From Eledone cirrhosa (Eukaryota): DNA of 64,000 nucleotides. The notes below the pieces were generated by a model that worked only from the letters and a program-made list of their open reading frames with translations, did not search any database and was not told the DNA's origin. The DNA is taken from assembly GCA_964016885.1 (NCBI GenBank), contig OZ024757.1:4588001-4652000 (forward strand), written 5' to 3'. Below, in pieces: positions 16,701 through 33,200 of this stretch. A program made the position numbers and the translations under genes. Each line of letters begins with the position of its first letter. Position 1 is the first letter of the stretch.

Positions 16701-19700
16701 ACGGTTAGGACACTTGTAGATATAATACAGATATAATACAATTACTGGTAGGACACTAATAGATATAATACAATTACTGCTAGGACACTTGTAGATATAA
16801 TACAATTACTGCTAGGACACTTGTAGATATAATACAATTACTGTTAGGACACTTGCAGATATAATACAGATAAAATACAGTTACTGCTAGGACACTTTTA
16901 GATATAATACAGATATAATACAGTTACTGCTAGAACACTTGTAGATATAATACAGTTACTGCTAGGACACTTGTAGATATAATACAGTTACTGCTAGAAC
17001 ACTTGTAGATATAATACAGTTACTGCTAGAACACTTGTAGATATAATACAGATATAATACAGTTACTGCTAGAACACTTGTAGATATAATACAGTTACTG
17101 CTAGGACACTTATAGATATAATACTATTACTGCTAGGACACTTGTAGAATATAATACAGTTACTGCTAGGACACTTGTAGTTATAATACAGATATAATAC
17201 AGTTACTGCTAAGACACTTGTAGATATAATACAGTTACTGCTAGGACACTTGTAGATATAATACAGTTACTGCTAGGACACTTGTAGATATGATACAGAT
17301 ATAATACAGTTACTGCTAGGACACATGTAGATATAATACAGTTACTGCTAGGACACTTGTAGATATAATACAGATATAATACAGTTACTGCTAGGACACA
17401 TCTAGATATAATACAGTTACTGCTAGGACACTTGTAGACATAATACAGATATAATACAGTTACTGCTAGGACACTTGTAGATATAATACAGATATAATAC
17501 AATTACTGCGAGGACACTTGTAGATATAATACAGATATAATAGAGTTACTGCTTGGACACTTGTAGATATAATACATATATAATACAGTTACTGCTAGGA
17601 GACTTGTAGAGATAGTACATATAATACAGTTACTGCTAGAACACTTATAGATATAATTCAGTTACTGCTAGGACACGGAGACATAATACAGATATAATAG
17701 AGTTATTGCTAGGACACTTGTAGACATAATACATATATAATAGAGTTATTGCTAGGACACTTGTAGATATAATACAGTTACTGCTAGGACACTTGTAGAT
17801 ATAATACAGATATAATACAATTACTGCTAGGACACTTGTAGATATAATACAGATATAATACAGTTACTGCTAGGACACTTGTAGATATAATACTGTTACT
17901 GCTAGGACACTTGTAGATATAATACAGATATAAAACAGTTACTGCTAGGACACTTGTAGATATAATACAGATATAATACAGTTACTGCTAGGACACTTGT
18001 AGATATAATACAGATATAATACAGATATAATAAAGTTACTGCTAGGACACTTGTAGATATAATACAAATATAATACAGTTACTGCTAGGACACTTGTAGA
18101 TATAATACAGTTACTGCTAGGACAGTTGTAGATATAATACATTTACTGCTAGGACACTTGTAGATATAATATAGATATAATACAGTTACTGCTAGAACAC
18201 TTGTAGATATAATACAGTTACTGCTAGGACACTTGTAGATATAATACAGATATAATACAGATATAATACAGTTACTGCTAGAACACTTGTAGATATAATA
18301 CAGTTACTGCTAGGACACTTGTAGATATAATACAGATATAATACAGTTACTGCTAGAACACTTGCAGATATAATACATATATAATACAATTACTGCTAGG
18401 ACACTTGTAGATATAATACAATTACTGTTAGGACACTTGCAGATATAATACATATATAATACAGTTACTGCTAGGACACTTGTAGATATAATACAATTAC
18501 TGCTAGGACACTTGTAGATATAATACAATTACGGTTAGGACACTTGTAGATATAATACATATATAATACAGTTACTGCTAGGACACTTGTAGATATAATA
18601 CAATTACTGCTAGGACACTTGTAGATATAATACAATTACGGTTAGGACACTTGTAGATATAATACAGATATAATACAATTACTGGTAGGACACTAATAGA
18701 TATAATACAATTACTGCTAGGACACTTGTAGATATAATACAATTACTGCTAGGACACTTGTAGATATAATACAATTACTGTTAGGACACTTGCAGATATA
18801 ATACAGATAAAATACAGTTACTGCTAGGACACTTTTAGATATAATACAGATATAATACAGTTACTGCTAGAACACTTGTAGATATAATACATATATAATA
18901 CAGTTACTGCTAGGACACTTGTAGATATAATACAGTTACTGCTAGGACACTTGTAGATATAATACTATTACTGCTAGGACACTTGTAGAATATAATACAG
19001 TTACTGCTAGGACACTTGTAGATATAATACAGTTACTGCTAGAACACTTGTAGATATAATACAGTTACTGCTAGAACACTTGTAGATATAATACAGATAT
19101 AATACAGTTACTGCTAGAACACTTGTAGATATAATACAGTTACTGCTAGGACACTTATAGATATAATACTATTACTGCTAGGACACTTGTAGAATATAAT
19201 ACAGTTACTGCTAGGACACTTGTAGATATAATACAGATATAATACAGTTACTGCTAGGACACTTGTAGATATAATACAGATATAATACAGTTACTGCTAG
19301 AACACTTGTAGATATAATACAGTTACTGCTAGGACACTTGTAGTTATAATACAGATATAATACAGTTACTGCTAAGACACTTGTAGATATAATACAGTTA
19401 CTGCTAGGACACTTGTAGATATGATACAGATATAATACAGTTACTGCTAGGACACATGTAGATATAATACAGTTACTGCTAGGACACTTGTAGATATAAT
19501 ACAGATATAATACAGTTACTGCTAGGACACATCTAGATATAATACAGTTACTGCTAGGACACTTGTAGACATAATACAGGTATAATACAGTTACTGCTAG
19601 GACACTTGTAGATATAATACAGATATAATACAGTTACTGCTAGGACACTTGTAGATATAATACAGATATAATACAGATATAATACAGTTACTGCTAGGAC

Positions 19701-20780
19701 ACTTGTAGATATAATACAAATATAATACAGTTACTGCTAGGACACTTGTAGATATAATACAGTTACTGCTAGGACACTTGTAGATATAATACAGTTACTG
19801 CTAGGACACTTGTAGATATAATATAGATATAATACAGTTACTGCTAGAACACTTGTAGATATAATACAGATATAATACAGTTACGGCTAGGACACTTGTA
19901 GATATAATACATATATAATACAATTACTGCTAGGACACTTGTAGATATAATACAGTTACTGCTAGGACACTTGGAGATATAATACAGATATAATACAGTT
20001 ACTGCTAGGACACTTATAGATATAATACAGATATAATACAGTTACTGCTAGGCCACTTGTAGATATAATACAGTTACTGCTAGGACACTTGCAGATATAA
20101 TACAGATATAATACAGTTACTGCTAGAACACTTGCAGATATAATACATATATAATACAATTACTGCTAGGACACTTGTAGATATAATACAATTACTGTTA
20201 GGACACTTGCAGATATAATACATATATAATACAGTTACTGCTAGGACACTTGTAGATATAATACAATTACTGCTAGGACACTTGTAGATATAATACAATT
20301 ACGGTTAGGACACTTGTAGATATAATACAGATATAATACAATTACTGGTAGGACACTAATAGATATAATACAATTACTGCTAGGACACTTGTAGATATAA
20401 TACAATTACTGCTAGGACACTTGTAGATATAATACAATTACTGTTAGGACACTTGCAGATATAATACAGATAAAATACAGTTACTGCTAGGACACTTTTA
20501 GATATAATACAGATATAATACAGTTACTGCTAGAACACTTGTAGATATAATACAGTTACTGCTAGGACACTTGTAGATATAATACAGTTACTGCTAGAAC
20601 ACTTGTAGATATAATACAGTTACTGCTAGAACACTTGTAGATATAATACAGATATAATACAGTTACTGCTAGAACACTTGTAGATATAATACAGTTACTG
20701 CTAGGACACTTATAGATATAATACTATTACTGCTAGGACACTTGTAGAATATAATACAGTTACTGCTAGGACACTTGTAG
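13728..20780. repeat. Near-perfect 3600-bp tandem duplication (13728-17180 vs 17328-20780)
   Basis: Printed lines repeat 60 rows apart. ORF pairs 14345/17945, 14592/18192, 16362/19962 and 16480/20080. Confidence 0.92.
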
Positions 20781-23700
20781 ATATAATACAGATATAATAC
20801 AGTTACTGCTAGGACACTTGTAGATATAATACAGATATAATACAGTTACTGCTAGAACACTTGTAGATATAATACAGTTACTGCTAGGACACTTGTAGTT
20901 ATAATACAGATATAATACAGTTACTGCTAAGACACTTGTAGATATAATACAGTTACTGCTAGGACACTTGTAGATATGATACAGATATAATACAGTTACT
21001 GCTAGGACACATGTAGATATAATACAGTTACTGCTAGGACACTTGTAGATATAATACAGATATAATACAGTTACTGCTAGGACACATCTAGATATAATAC
21101 AGTTACTGCTAGGACACTTGTAGACATAATACAGGTATAATACAGTTACTGCTAGGACACTTGTAGATATAATACAGATATAATACAGTTACTGCTAGGA
21201 CACTTGTAGATATAATACAGATATAATACAGATATAATACAGTTACTGCTAGGACACTTGTAGATATAATACAAATATAATACAGTTACTGCTAGGACAC
21301 TTGTAGATATAATACAGTTACTGCTAGGACACTTGTAGATATAATACAGTTACTGCTAGGACACTTGTAGATATAATATAGATATAATACAGTTACTGCT
21401 AGAACACTTGTAGATATAATACAGATATAATACAGTTACGGCTAGGACACTTGTAGATATAATACATATATAATACAATTACTGCTAGGACACTTGCAGA
21501 TATAATACAGTTACTGCTAGGACACTTGGAGATATAATACAGATATAATACAGTTACTGCTAGGACACTTATAGATATAATACAGATATAATACAGTTAC
21601 TGCTAGGCCACTTGTAGATATAATACAGTTACTGCTAGGACACTTGCAGATATAATACAGATATAATACAGTTACTGCTAGGACACTTGTAGATATAATA
21701 CAGATATAATACAGTTACTGCTAGGACACTTGTAGATATAATACAGATATAATACAGTTACTGCTAGGACACTTGTAGATATAATACAGATATAATACAG
21801 TTACTGCTAAGACACTTGTAGATATAATACAGATATAATACAGTTACTGCTAGGACACTTGTAGATATCATACAGATATAATACAATTACTGCTAGGACA
21901 CTTGTAGATATAATACAAATGTAATACAGTTACTGCTAGAACACTTGTAGATATAATACAGTTACTGTTAGGACACTTGAAGATATAATACAGATATAAT
22001 ACAGTTACTGCTAGGACACTTGTAGATATAATACAGATATAATACAATTACTGCTAGGACACTTGTAGATATAATACAAATATAATACAGTTACTGCTAG
22101 AACACTTGTAGATATAATACAGATATAATACAATTACGGTTAGGACACTTGTAGATATAATACAATTACTGGTAGGATAATTGTAGATATAATACATATA
22201 TAATACAGTTACTGCTAGGACACTTGTAGATATAATACAATTACTGTTAGGACAATTGTAGATATAATACAATTACTGTTAGGACACTTGCAGATAAAAT
22301 ACAATTACTGCTAGGACACTTGTAGATATAATACAATTACGGTTAGGACACTTGTAAATATAATACAGATATAATACAGTTACTGTTAGGACACTTGTAG
22401 ATATAATACAATTACTGCTAGGACACTTGTAGATATAATACAATTACTGCTAGGACACTTGTAGATATAATACAATTACTGTTAGCACACTTGCAGATAT
22501 AATACAGATATAATACAGTTACTGCTAGGACACTTTTAGATATAATACATATATAATACAGTTACTGCTAGGACACTTGTAGATATAATACAATTACTGC
22601 TAGGACACTTGTAGATATAATACAATTACGGTTAGGACACTTGTAAATATAATACAGATATAATACAGTTACTGTTAGGACACTTGTAGATATAATACAA
22701 TTACTGCTAGGACACTTGTAGATATAATACAATTACTGCTAGGACACTTGTAGATATAATACAATTATTGTTAGGACACTTGCAGATATAATACAGATAT
22801 AATACAGTTACTGCTAGGACACTTGTAGATATAATACAAATATAATACAATGACTGCTAGGACACTTGTAGATATAATACAGTTACTGCTAGGACACTTG
22901 TAGATATAATACAGATATAATACAGTTACTGCTAGGACACTTGTAGATATAATACAGTTACTGCTAGGACACTTGCAGATATAATACAAATATAATACAG
23001 TTACTGCTAGGACACTTGTAGATATAATACAATTATTGTTAGGACACTTGCAGATATAATACAGATATAATACAGTTACTGCTAGGACACTTGTAGATAT
23101 AATACAGATATAATACAGTTACTGCTAGGACACTTGTAGATATAATACAGATATAATACAGTTACTGCTAGGACACTTGTAGATATAATACAGATATAAT
23201 ACAGTTACTGCGAAGACACTTGTAGATATAATACAGATATAATACAGTTACTGCTAGGACACTTGTAGATATAATACAGATATAATACAATTACTGCTAG
23301 GACACTTGTAGATATAATACAAATATAATACAGTTACTGCTAGAACACTTGTAGATATAATACAGTTACTGTTAGGACACTTGCAGATATAATACAGATA
23401 TAATACAGTTACTGCTAGGACACTTGTAGATATAATACAGATATAATACAATTACTGATAGGACACTTGTAGATATAATACAAATATAATACAGTTACTG
23501 CTAGAACACTTGCAGATATAATACAGATATAATACAGTTACTGTTAGGACACTTGTAGATATAATACAATTACTGGTAGGACACTTGCAGATATAATACA
23601 GATATAATACAGTTACTGCTAGGACACTTGTAGATATAATACAATTACTGCTAGGACACTTGTAGATATAATACAATTACTGTTAGGACACTTGCAGATA

Positions 23701-26700
23701 AAATACATATATAATACAGTTACTGCTAGGACACTTGTAGATATAATACAATTACTGCTAGGACACTTGTAGATATAATACAATTACGGTTAGGACACTT
23801 GTAGATATAATACAGATATAATACAGTTACTGTTAGGACACTTGTAGATATAATACAATTACTGGTAGGACACTTGCAGATATAATACAGATATAATACA
23901 GTTACTGCTAGGACACTAATAGATATAATACAATTACTGCTAGGACACTTGTAGATATAATACAATTACTGCTAGGACACTTGTAGATATGATACAATTA
24001 CTGTTAGGACACTTGCAGATATAATACAGATAAAATACAGTTACTGCTAGGACACTTTTAGATATAATACAGATATAATACAGTTACTGCTAGGACACTT
24101 GTAGATATAATACAGATATAATACAGTTACTGCTAGAACACTTGTAGATATAATACAGATATAATACAGTTACTGCTAGGACACTTGTAGATATAATACA
24201 GTTACTGCTAGAACACTTGTAGATATAATACAGTTACTGCTAGGACACTTGTAGATATAATACAGATATAATACAGTTACTGCTAGAACACTTGTAGATA
24301 TAATACAGTTACTGCTAGGACACTTGTAGATATAATACTATTACTGCTAGGACACTTGTAGAATATAATACAGTTACTGCTAGGACACTTGTAGATATAA
24401 TACAGATATAATACAGTTACTGCTAGGACACTTGTAGATATAATACATATATAATACAGTTACTGCTAGAACACTTGTAGATATAATACAGTTACTGCTA
24501 GGACACTTGTAGTTATAATACAGATATAATACAGTTACTGCTAAGACACTTGTAGATATAATACAGTTACTGCTAGGACACTTGTAGATATAATACAGTT
24601 ACTGCTAGGACACTTGTAGATATGATACAGATATAATACAATTACTGATAGGACACTTGTTGATATAATACAGTTACTGCTAGGACACTTGTAGATATAA
24701 TACAGTTACTGCTCGGACACTTGTAGATATAATACAGATATAATACAATTACTGATAGGACACTTGTAGATATATTACAGATATAATACAATTACTGCTA
24801 GGACACTTGTAGATATAATACAGTTACTGCTAGGAGACTTGTAGATATAATACAGATATAATACAGTTACTGCTAGGACACTTGTAGATATAATACAGAT
24901 ATAATACAATTACTGCTAGGACACTTGTAGATATAATACAGATATAATACAGTTACTGCTAGGACACTTGTAGATATAATACAGATATAATACTGTTACT
25001 GCTAGGACACTTGTAGATATAATACAATTACTGCTAGGACACTTGTAGATATAATACAGATACTGCTAGGACACTTGTAAATATAATACAGATATAATAC
25101 AGTTACTGCTAGGATACTTGTAGATATAAAATTACTGCTAGGACACTTGTAGATATAATACAGATATAATACAGTTACTGCTAGGATACTTGTAGACATA
25201 ATACAGATATAATACAATTACTGCTAGGATACTTGTAGATATAATACAGTTACTGCTAGGACACTAATAGATATACTACAATTACTGTTGGGACACTTCT
25301 AGATATAATACAGTTACTGCTAGAACACTTGTAGATATAATACAGATATAATACAGTTACTGCTAGAACACTTGTAGATATAATACAGTTACTGCTAGGA
25401 CACTTATAGATATAATACTATTACTGCTAGGACACTTGTAGAATATAATACAGTTACTGCTAGGATACTTGTAGACATAATACAGATATAATACAATTAC
25501 TGCTAGGACACTTGTAGATATAATACAGTTAATGCTAGGACACTAATAGATATAATACAATTACTGCTAGAACACTTGTAGATATAATACAGTTACTGCT
25601 AGAACACTTGTAGATATAATACAGATATAATACAGTTACTGCTAGAACACTTGTAGATATAATACAGTTACTGCTAGGACACTTATAGATATAATACTAT
25701 TACTGCTAGGACACTTGTAGAATATAATACAGTTACTGCTAGGACACTTGTAGATATAATACAGATATAATACAGTTACTGCTAGAACACTTGTAGATAT
25801 AATACAGTTACTGCTAGGACACTTGTAGTTATAATACAGATATAATACAGTTACTGCTAAGACACTTGTAGATATAATACAGTTACTGCTAGGACACTTG
25901 TAGATATGATATAGATATAATACAGTTACTGCTAGGACACATGTAGATATAATACAGTTACTGCTAGGACACTTGTAGATATAATACAGATATAATACAG
26001 TTACTGCTAGGACACATCTAGATATAATACAGTTACTGCTAGGGCACTTGTAGACATAATACAGGTATAATACAGTTACTGCTAGGACACTTGTAGATAT
26101 AATACATATATAATACAGTTACTGCTAGGACACTTGTAGATATAATACAGATATAATACAGATATAATACAGTTACTGCTAGGACACTTGTAGATATAAT
26201 ACAAATATAATACAGTTACTGCTAGGACACTTGTAGATATAATACAGTTACTGCTAGGACACTTGTAGATATAATACAGTTACTGCTAGGACACTTGTAG
26301 ATATAATATAGATATAATACAGTTACTGCTAGAACACTTGTAGATATAATACAGTTACTGCTAGGACACTTGTAGATATAATACAGATATAATACAGTTA
26401 CTGCTAGAACACTTGTAGATATAATACAGATATAATACAGTTACGGCTAGGACACTTGTAGATATAATACATATATAATACAATTACTGCTAGGACACTT
26501 GTAGATATAATACAGTTACTGCTAGGACACTTGGAGATATAATACAGATATAATACAGTTACTGCTAGGACACTTATAGATATAATACAGATATAATACA
26601 GTTACTGCTAGGCCACTTGTAGATATAATACAGTTACTGCTAGGACACTTGCAGATATAATACAGATATAATACAGTTACTGCTAGGACACTTGTAGATA

Positions 26701-29700
26701 TAATACAGATATAATACAGTTACTGCTAGGACACTTGTAGATATAATACAGATATAATACAGTTACTGCTAGGACACTTGTAGATATAATACAGATATAA
26801 TACAGTTACTGCTAAGACACTTGTAGATATAATACAGATATAATACAGTTACTGCTAGGACACTTGTAGATATCATACAGATATAATACAATTACTGCTA
26901 GGACACTTGTAGATATAATACAAATGTAATACAGTTACTGCTAGAACACTTGTAGATATAATACAGTTACTGTTAGGACACTTGCAGATATAATACAGTT
27001 ACTGCTAGGACACTTGTAGATATAATACAGATATAATACAATTACTGCTAGGACACTTGTAGATATAATACAAATATAATACAGTTACTGCTAGAACACT
27101 TGTAGATATAATACAGATATAATACAATTACGGTTAGGACACTTGTAGATATAATACAATTACTGGTAGGATAATTGTAGATATAATACATATATAATAC
27201 AGTTACTGCTAGGACACTTGTAGATATAATACAATTACTGTTAGGACAATTGTAGATATAATACAATTACTGTTAGGACACTTGCAGATATAATACATAT
27301 ATAATACAGTTACTGCTAGGACACTTGTAGATATAATACAATTACTGCTAGGACACTTGTAGATATAATACAATTACGGTTAGGACACTTGTAAATATAA
27401 TACAGATATAATACAGTTACTGTTAGGACACTTGTAGATATAATACAATTACTGCTAGGACACTTGTAGATATAATACAATTACTGCTAGGACACTTGTA
27501 GATATAATACAATTACTGTTAGCACACTTGCAGATATAATACAGATATAATACAGTTACTGCTAGGACACTTTTAGATATAATACAGATATAATACAGTT
27601 ACTGCTAGGACACTTGTAGATATAATACAGATATAATACAGTTACTGCTAGAACACTTGTAGATATAATACAGATATAATACAGTTACTGCTAGAACACT
27701 TGTAGATATAATACAGATATAATACAGTTACGGCTAGGACACTTCTGGATATAATACAAATATAATACAATGACTGCTAGGACACTTGTAGATATAATAC
27801 AGTTACTGCTAGGACACTTGTAGATATAATACAGATATAATACAGTTACTGCTAGGACACTTGTAGATATAATACAGTTACTGCTAGGACACTTGCAGAT
27901 ATAATACAAATATAATACAGTTACTGCTAGGACACTTGTAGATATAATACAATTATTGTTAGGACACTTGCAGATATAATACAGATATAATACAGTTACT
28001 GCTAGGACACTTGTAGATATAATACAGATATAATACAGTTACTGCTAGGACACTTGTAGATATAATACAGATATAATACAGTTACTGCTAGGACACTTGT
28101 AGATATAATACAGATATAATACAGTTACTGCGAAGACACTTGTAGATATAATACAGATATAATACAGTTACTGCTAGGACACTTGTAGATATAATACAGA
28201 TATAATACAATTACTGCTAGGACACTTGTAGATATAATACAAATATAATACAGTTACTGCTAGAACACTTGTAGATATAATACAGTTACTGTTAGGACAC
28301 TTGCAGATATAATACAGATATAATACAGTTACTGCTAGGACACTTGTAGATATAATACAGATATAATACAATTACTGCTAGGACACTTGTAGATATAATA
28401 CAAATATAATACAGTTACTGCTAGAACACTTGCAGATATAATACAGATATAATACAGTTACTGTTAGGACACTTGTAGATATAATACAATTACTGGTAGG
28501 ACACTTGCAGATATAATACAGATATAATACAGTTACTGCTAGGACACTTGTAGATATAATACAATTACTGCTAGGACACTTGTAGATATAATACAATTAC
28601 TGTTAGGACACTTGCAGATAAAATACATATATAATACAGTTACTGCTAGGACACTTGTAGATATAATACAATTACTGCTAGGACACTTGTAGATATAATA
28701 CAATTACGGTTAGGACACTTGTAGATATAATACAGATATAATACAGTTACTGTTAGGACACTTGTAGATATAATACAATTACTGGTAGGACACTTGCAGA
28801 TATAATACAGATATAATACAGTTACTGCTAGGACACTAATAGATATAATACAATTACTGCTAGGACACTTGTAGATATAATACAATTACTGCTAGGACAC
28901 TTGTAGATATGATACAATTACTGTTAGGACACTTGCAGATATAATACAGATAAAATACAGTTACTGCTAGGACACTTTTAGATATAATACAGATATAATA
29001 CAGTTACTGCTAGGACACTTGTAGATATAATACAGATATAATACAGTTACTGCTAGAACACTTGTAGATATAATACAGATATAATACAGTTACTGCTAGG
29101 ACACTTGTAGATATAATACAGTTACTGCTAGAACACTTGTAGATATAATACAGTTACTGCTAGGACACTTGTAGATATAATACAGATATAATACAGTTAC
29201 TGCTAGAACACTTGTAGATATAATACAGTTACTGCTAGGACACTTGTAGATATAATACTATTACTGCTAGGACACTTGTAGAATATAATACAGTTACTGC
29301 TAGGACACTTGTAGATATAATACAGATATAATACAGTTACTGCTAGGACACTTGTAGATATAATACATATATAATACAGTTACTGCTAGAACACTTGTAG
29401 ATATAATACAGTTACTGCTAGGACACTTGTAGTTATAATACAGATATAATACAGTTACTGCTAAGACACTTGTAGATATAATACAGTTACTGCTAGGACA
29501 CTTGTAGATATAATACAGTTACTGCTAGGACACTTGTAGATATGATACAGATATAATACAATTACTGATAGGACACTTGTTGATATAATACAGTTACTGC
29601 TAGGACACTTGTAGATATAATACAGTTACTGCTCGGACACTTGTAGATATAATACAGATATAATACAGATATAATACAATTACTGATAGGACACTTGTAG

Positions 29701-30200
29701 ATATATTACAGATATAATACAATTACTGCTAGGACACTTGTAGATATAATACAGTTACTGCTAGGAGACTTGTAGATATAATACAGATATAATACAGTTA
29801 CTGCTAGGACACTTGTAGATATAATACAGATATAATACAATTACTGCTAGGACACTTGTAGATATAATACAGATATAATACTGTTACTGCTAGGACACTT
29901 GTAGATATAATACAATTACTGCTAGGACACTTGTAGATATAATACAGTTACTGCTAGGACACTTATAGATGTAATACAGATACTGCTAGGACACTTGTAA
30001 ATATAATACAGATATAATACAGTTACTGCTAGGATACTTGTAGATATAAAATTACTGCTAGGACACTTGTAGATATAATACAGATATAATACAGTTACTG
30101 CTAGGATACTTGTAGACATAATACAGATATAATACAATTACTGCTAGGACACTTGTAGATATAATACAGTTACTGCTAGGACACTAATAGATATAATACA
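20500..30200. repeat. Imperfect duplication with a period of about 4.9-5.0 kb
   Basis: ORF pairs offset by 4920 (22771/27691, 23254/28174, 23726/28646, 25002/29922) and 4994 (22054/27048). Shared rare variants GGATAATTG, TTAGCACAC and GCGAAGACAC. Confidence 0.8.
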
Positions 30201-33200
30201 ATTACTGCTGGGACACTTGTAGATATAATACAGTTACTGCTAGGAGACTTGTAGATATAATACAGATATAATACAATTACTGCTAGGACATTGCAGATAT
30301 AATACAGTTACTGCTAGGACACTTGTAGATATAATACGGTTACTGCTAGGACACTTGTAGATATAATACAGATTTATTACAGTTACTGCTAGGACACTTG
30401 TAGATATAATACAGATATAATACAATTACAGCTAGGACACTTGTAGACATAATACAGATATAATAGAGTTACTACTAGGACACTTGTAGACATAATACAG
30501 ATATAATAGAGTTACTACTAGGACACTTGTAGATATAATACAGATATAATACAGTTACTGCTAGGACACTTGTAGATATAATACAGTTACTGCTAGGACA
30601 CTTGTTGATATAATACAGTTATAATACAGTTGCTGCTAGGACATTTGTAGATATAATACATTTACTGCTAGGACACTTGTAATTATAATACAGATATAAT
30701 AGTTACAGCTAGGACACTTGTAGATATAATACAGCTATAATACAGTTACTACTAGGACACTTGTAGATATAATACAATTACTGCTAGGACACTTGTAGAT
30801 ATAATACAGTTACTGCTAGGACACTAATAGATATAAAACAATTACTGCTGGGACACTTGTAGATATAATACAGTTACTGCTGGGACACTTGTAGATATAA
30901 TACAGTTACTGCTAGGAGACTTGTAGATATAATACAGATATAATACAATTACTGATAGGACACTTATAGATATATTACAGATATAATACAATTACTGCTA
31001 GGACACTTGTAGATATAATACAGATATAATACAGTTACTGCTAGGATACTTGTAGACATAATACAGATATAATACAATTACTGCTAGGACACTTGTAGAT
31101 ATAATACAGTTACTGCTAGGACACTAATAGATATAATACAATTACTGCTGTGATACTTGTAGATATAATACAGTTACTGCTAGGAGACTTGTAGATGTAA
31201 TACAGATATAATACAATTACTGCTAGGACATTGCAGATATAATACAGATATAATACAGTTACTGCTAGGACACTTGTAGATATAATACGGTTACTGCTAG
31301 GACACTTGTAGATATAATACAGATATAATACAATTACAGCTAGGACACTTGTAGATATAATACAGTTACTGCTAGGACACTTGTAGATATAATACAGATA
31401 TAATACAATTACTGCTAGGACACTTGTAGATATAATACAGTTACTACTAGGACACTAATAGATATAATACAATTACTGCTAGGACACTTGTAGATATAAT
31501 ACATATATAATACAGTTACTGCCAGGACACATAGATATAATACAGATATAATACAGTTACTGCTAGGACACTTGTAGATATAATACAGTTACTGCTAAGA
31601 CACTTGTAGATATAATACAGTTACTGCTAGGACACTTGTAGATATAATACAGTTACTGCTAGGACACTTGTAGACATAATACAGATATAATAGAGTTATT
31701 GCTAGGACACTTGTAGATATAATACAGTTACTGCTAGAATACCTGTAGATATAATATAGATATAATAGAGTTACTACTAGGACACTTGTAGATATAATAC
31801 AGATATAATACAGTTACTGCTAGGACACTTGTAGATATAATACAGTTACTGCTAGGACACTTGTTGATATAATACAGTTATAATACAGTTGCTGCTAGGA
31901 CATTTGTAGATATAATACATTTACTGCTAGGACACTTGTAATTATAATACAGATATAATAGTTACTGCTAGGACACTTGTAGATATAACACAGCTATAAT
32001 ACAGTTACTACTAGGACACTTGTAGATATAATACAATTACTGCTAGGACACTTGTAGATATAATACAGTTACTGCTAGGACACTAATAGATATAAAACAA
32101 TTACTGCTGGGACACTTGTAGATATAATACAGTTACTGCTGGGACACTTGTAGATATAATACAGTTACTGCTAGGAGACTTGTAGATATAATACAGATAT
32201 AATACAATTACTGATAGGACACTTGTAGATATAATACAGTTACTGCTAGGACACTTGTAGATATAATACAGTTACTGCTCGGACACTTGTAGATATAATA
32301 CAGATATAATACAATTACTGATAGGACATTTGTAGGACATATTACAGATATAATACAATTACTGCTAGGACACTTGTAGATATAATACAGTTACTGCTAG
32401 GAGACTTGTAGATATAATACAGATATAATACAGTTACTGCTAGGACACTTGTAGATATAGTACAGTTACTGCTAGGACACTTGTAGATATAATACAGATA
32501 TAATACTGTTACTGCTAGGACACTTGTAGATATAATACGATTACTGCTAGGACACTTGTAGATATAATACAGTTACTGCTAGGACACTTGTAGATATAAT
32601 ACAGATATAATACAATTACTGCTAGGACACTTGTAGATATAATACAGATATAATACAGTTACTGCTAGGACACTTGTAGATATAATACAGATATAATACT
32701 GTTACTGCTAGGACACTTGTAGATATAATACAATTACTGCTAGGACACTTGTAGATATAATACAGTTACTGCTAGGACACTTATAGATATAATACAGATA
32801 CTGCTAGGACACTTGTAAATATAATACAGATATAATACAGTTACTGCTAGGATACTTGTAGATATAAAATTACTGCTAGGACACTTGTAGATATAATACA
32901 GATATAATACAGTTACTGCTAGGATACTTGTAGACATAATACAGATATAATACAATTACTGCTAGGACACTTGTAGATATAATACAGTTACTGCTAGGAC
33001 ACTAATAGATATAATACAATTACTGCTGGGACACTTGTAGATATAATACAGTTACTGCTAGAACACTTGTAGATATAATACAGATATAATACAGTTACTG
33101 CTAGAACACTTGTAGATATAATACAGTTACTGCTAGGACACTTATAGATATAATACTATTACTGCTAGGACACTTGTAGAATATAATACAGTTACTGCTA

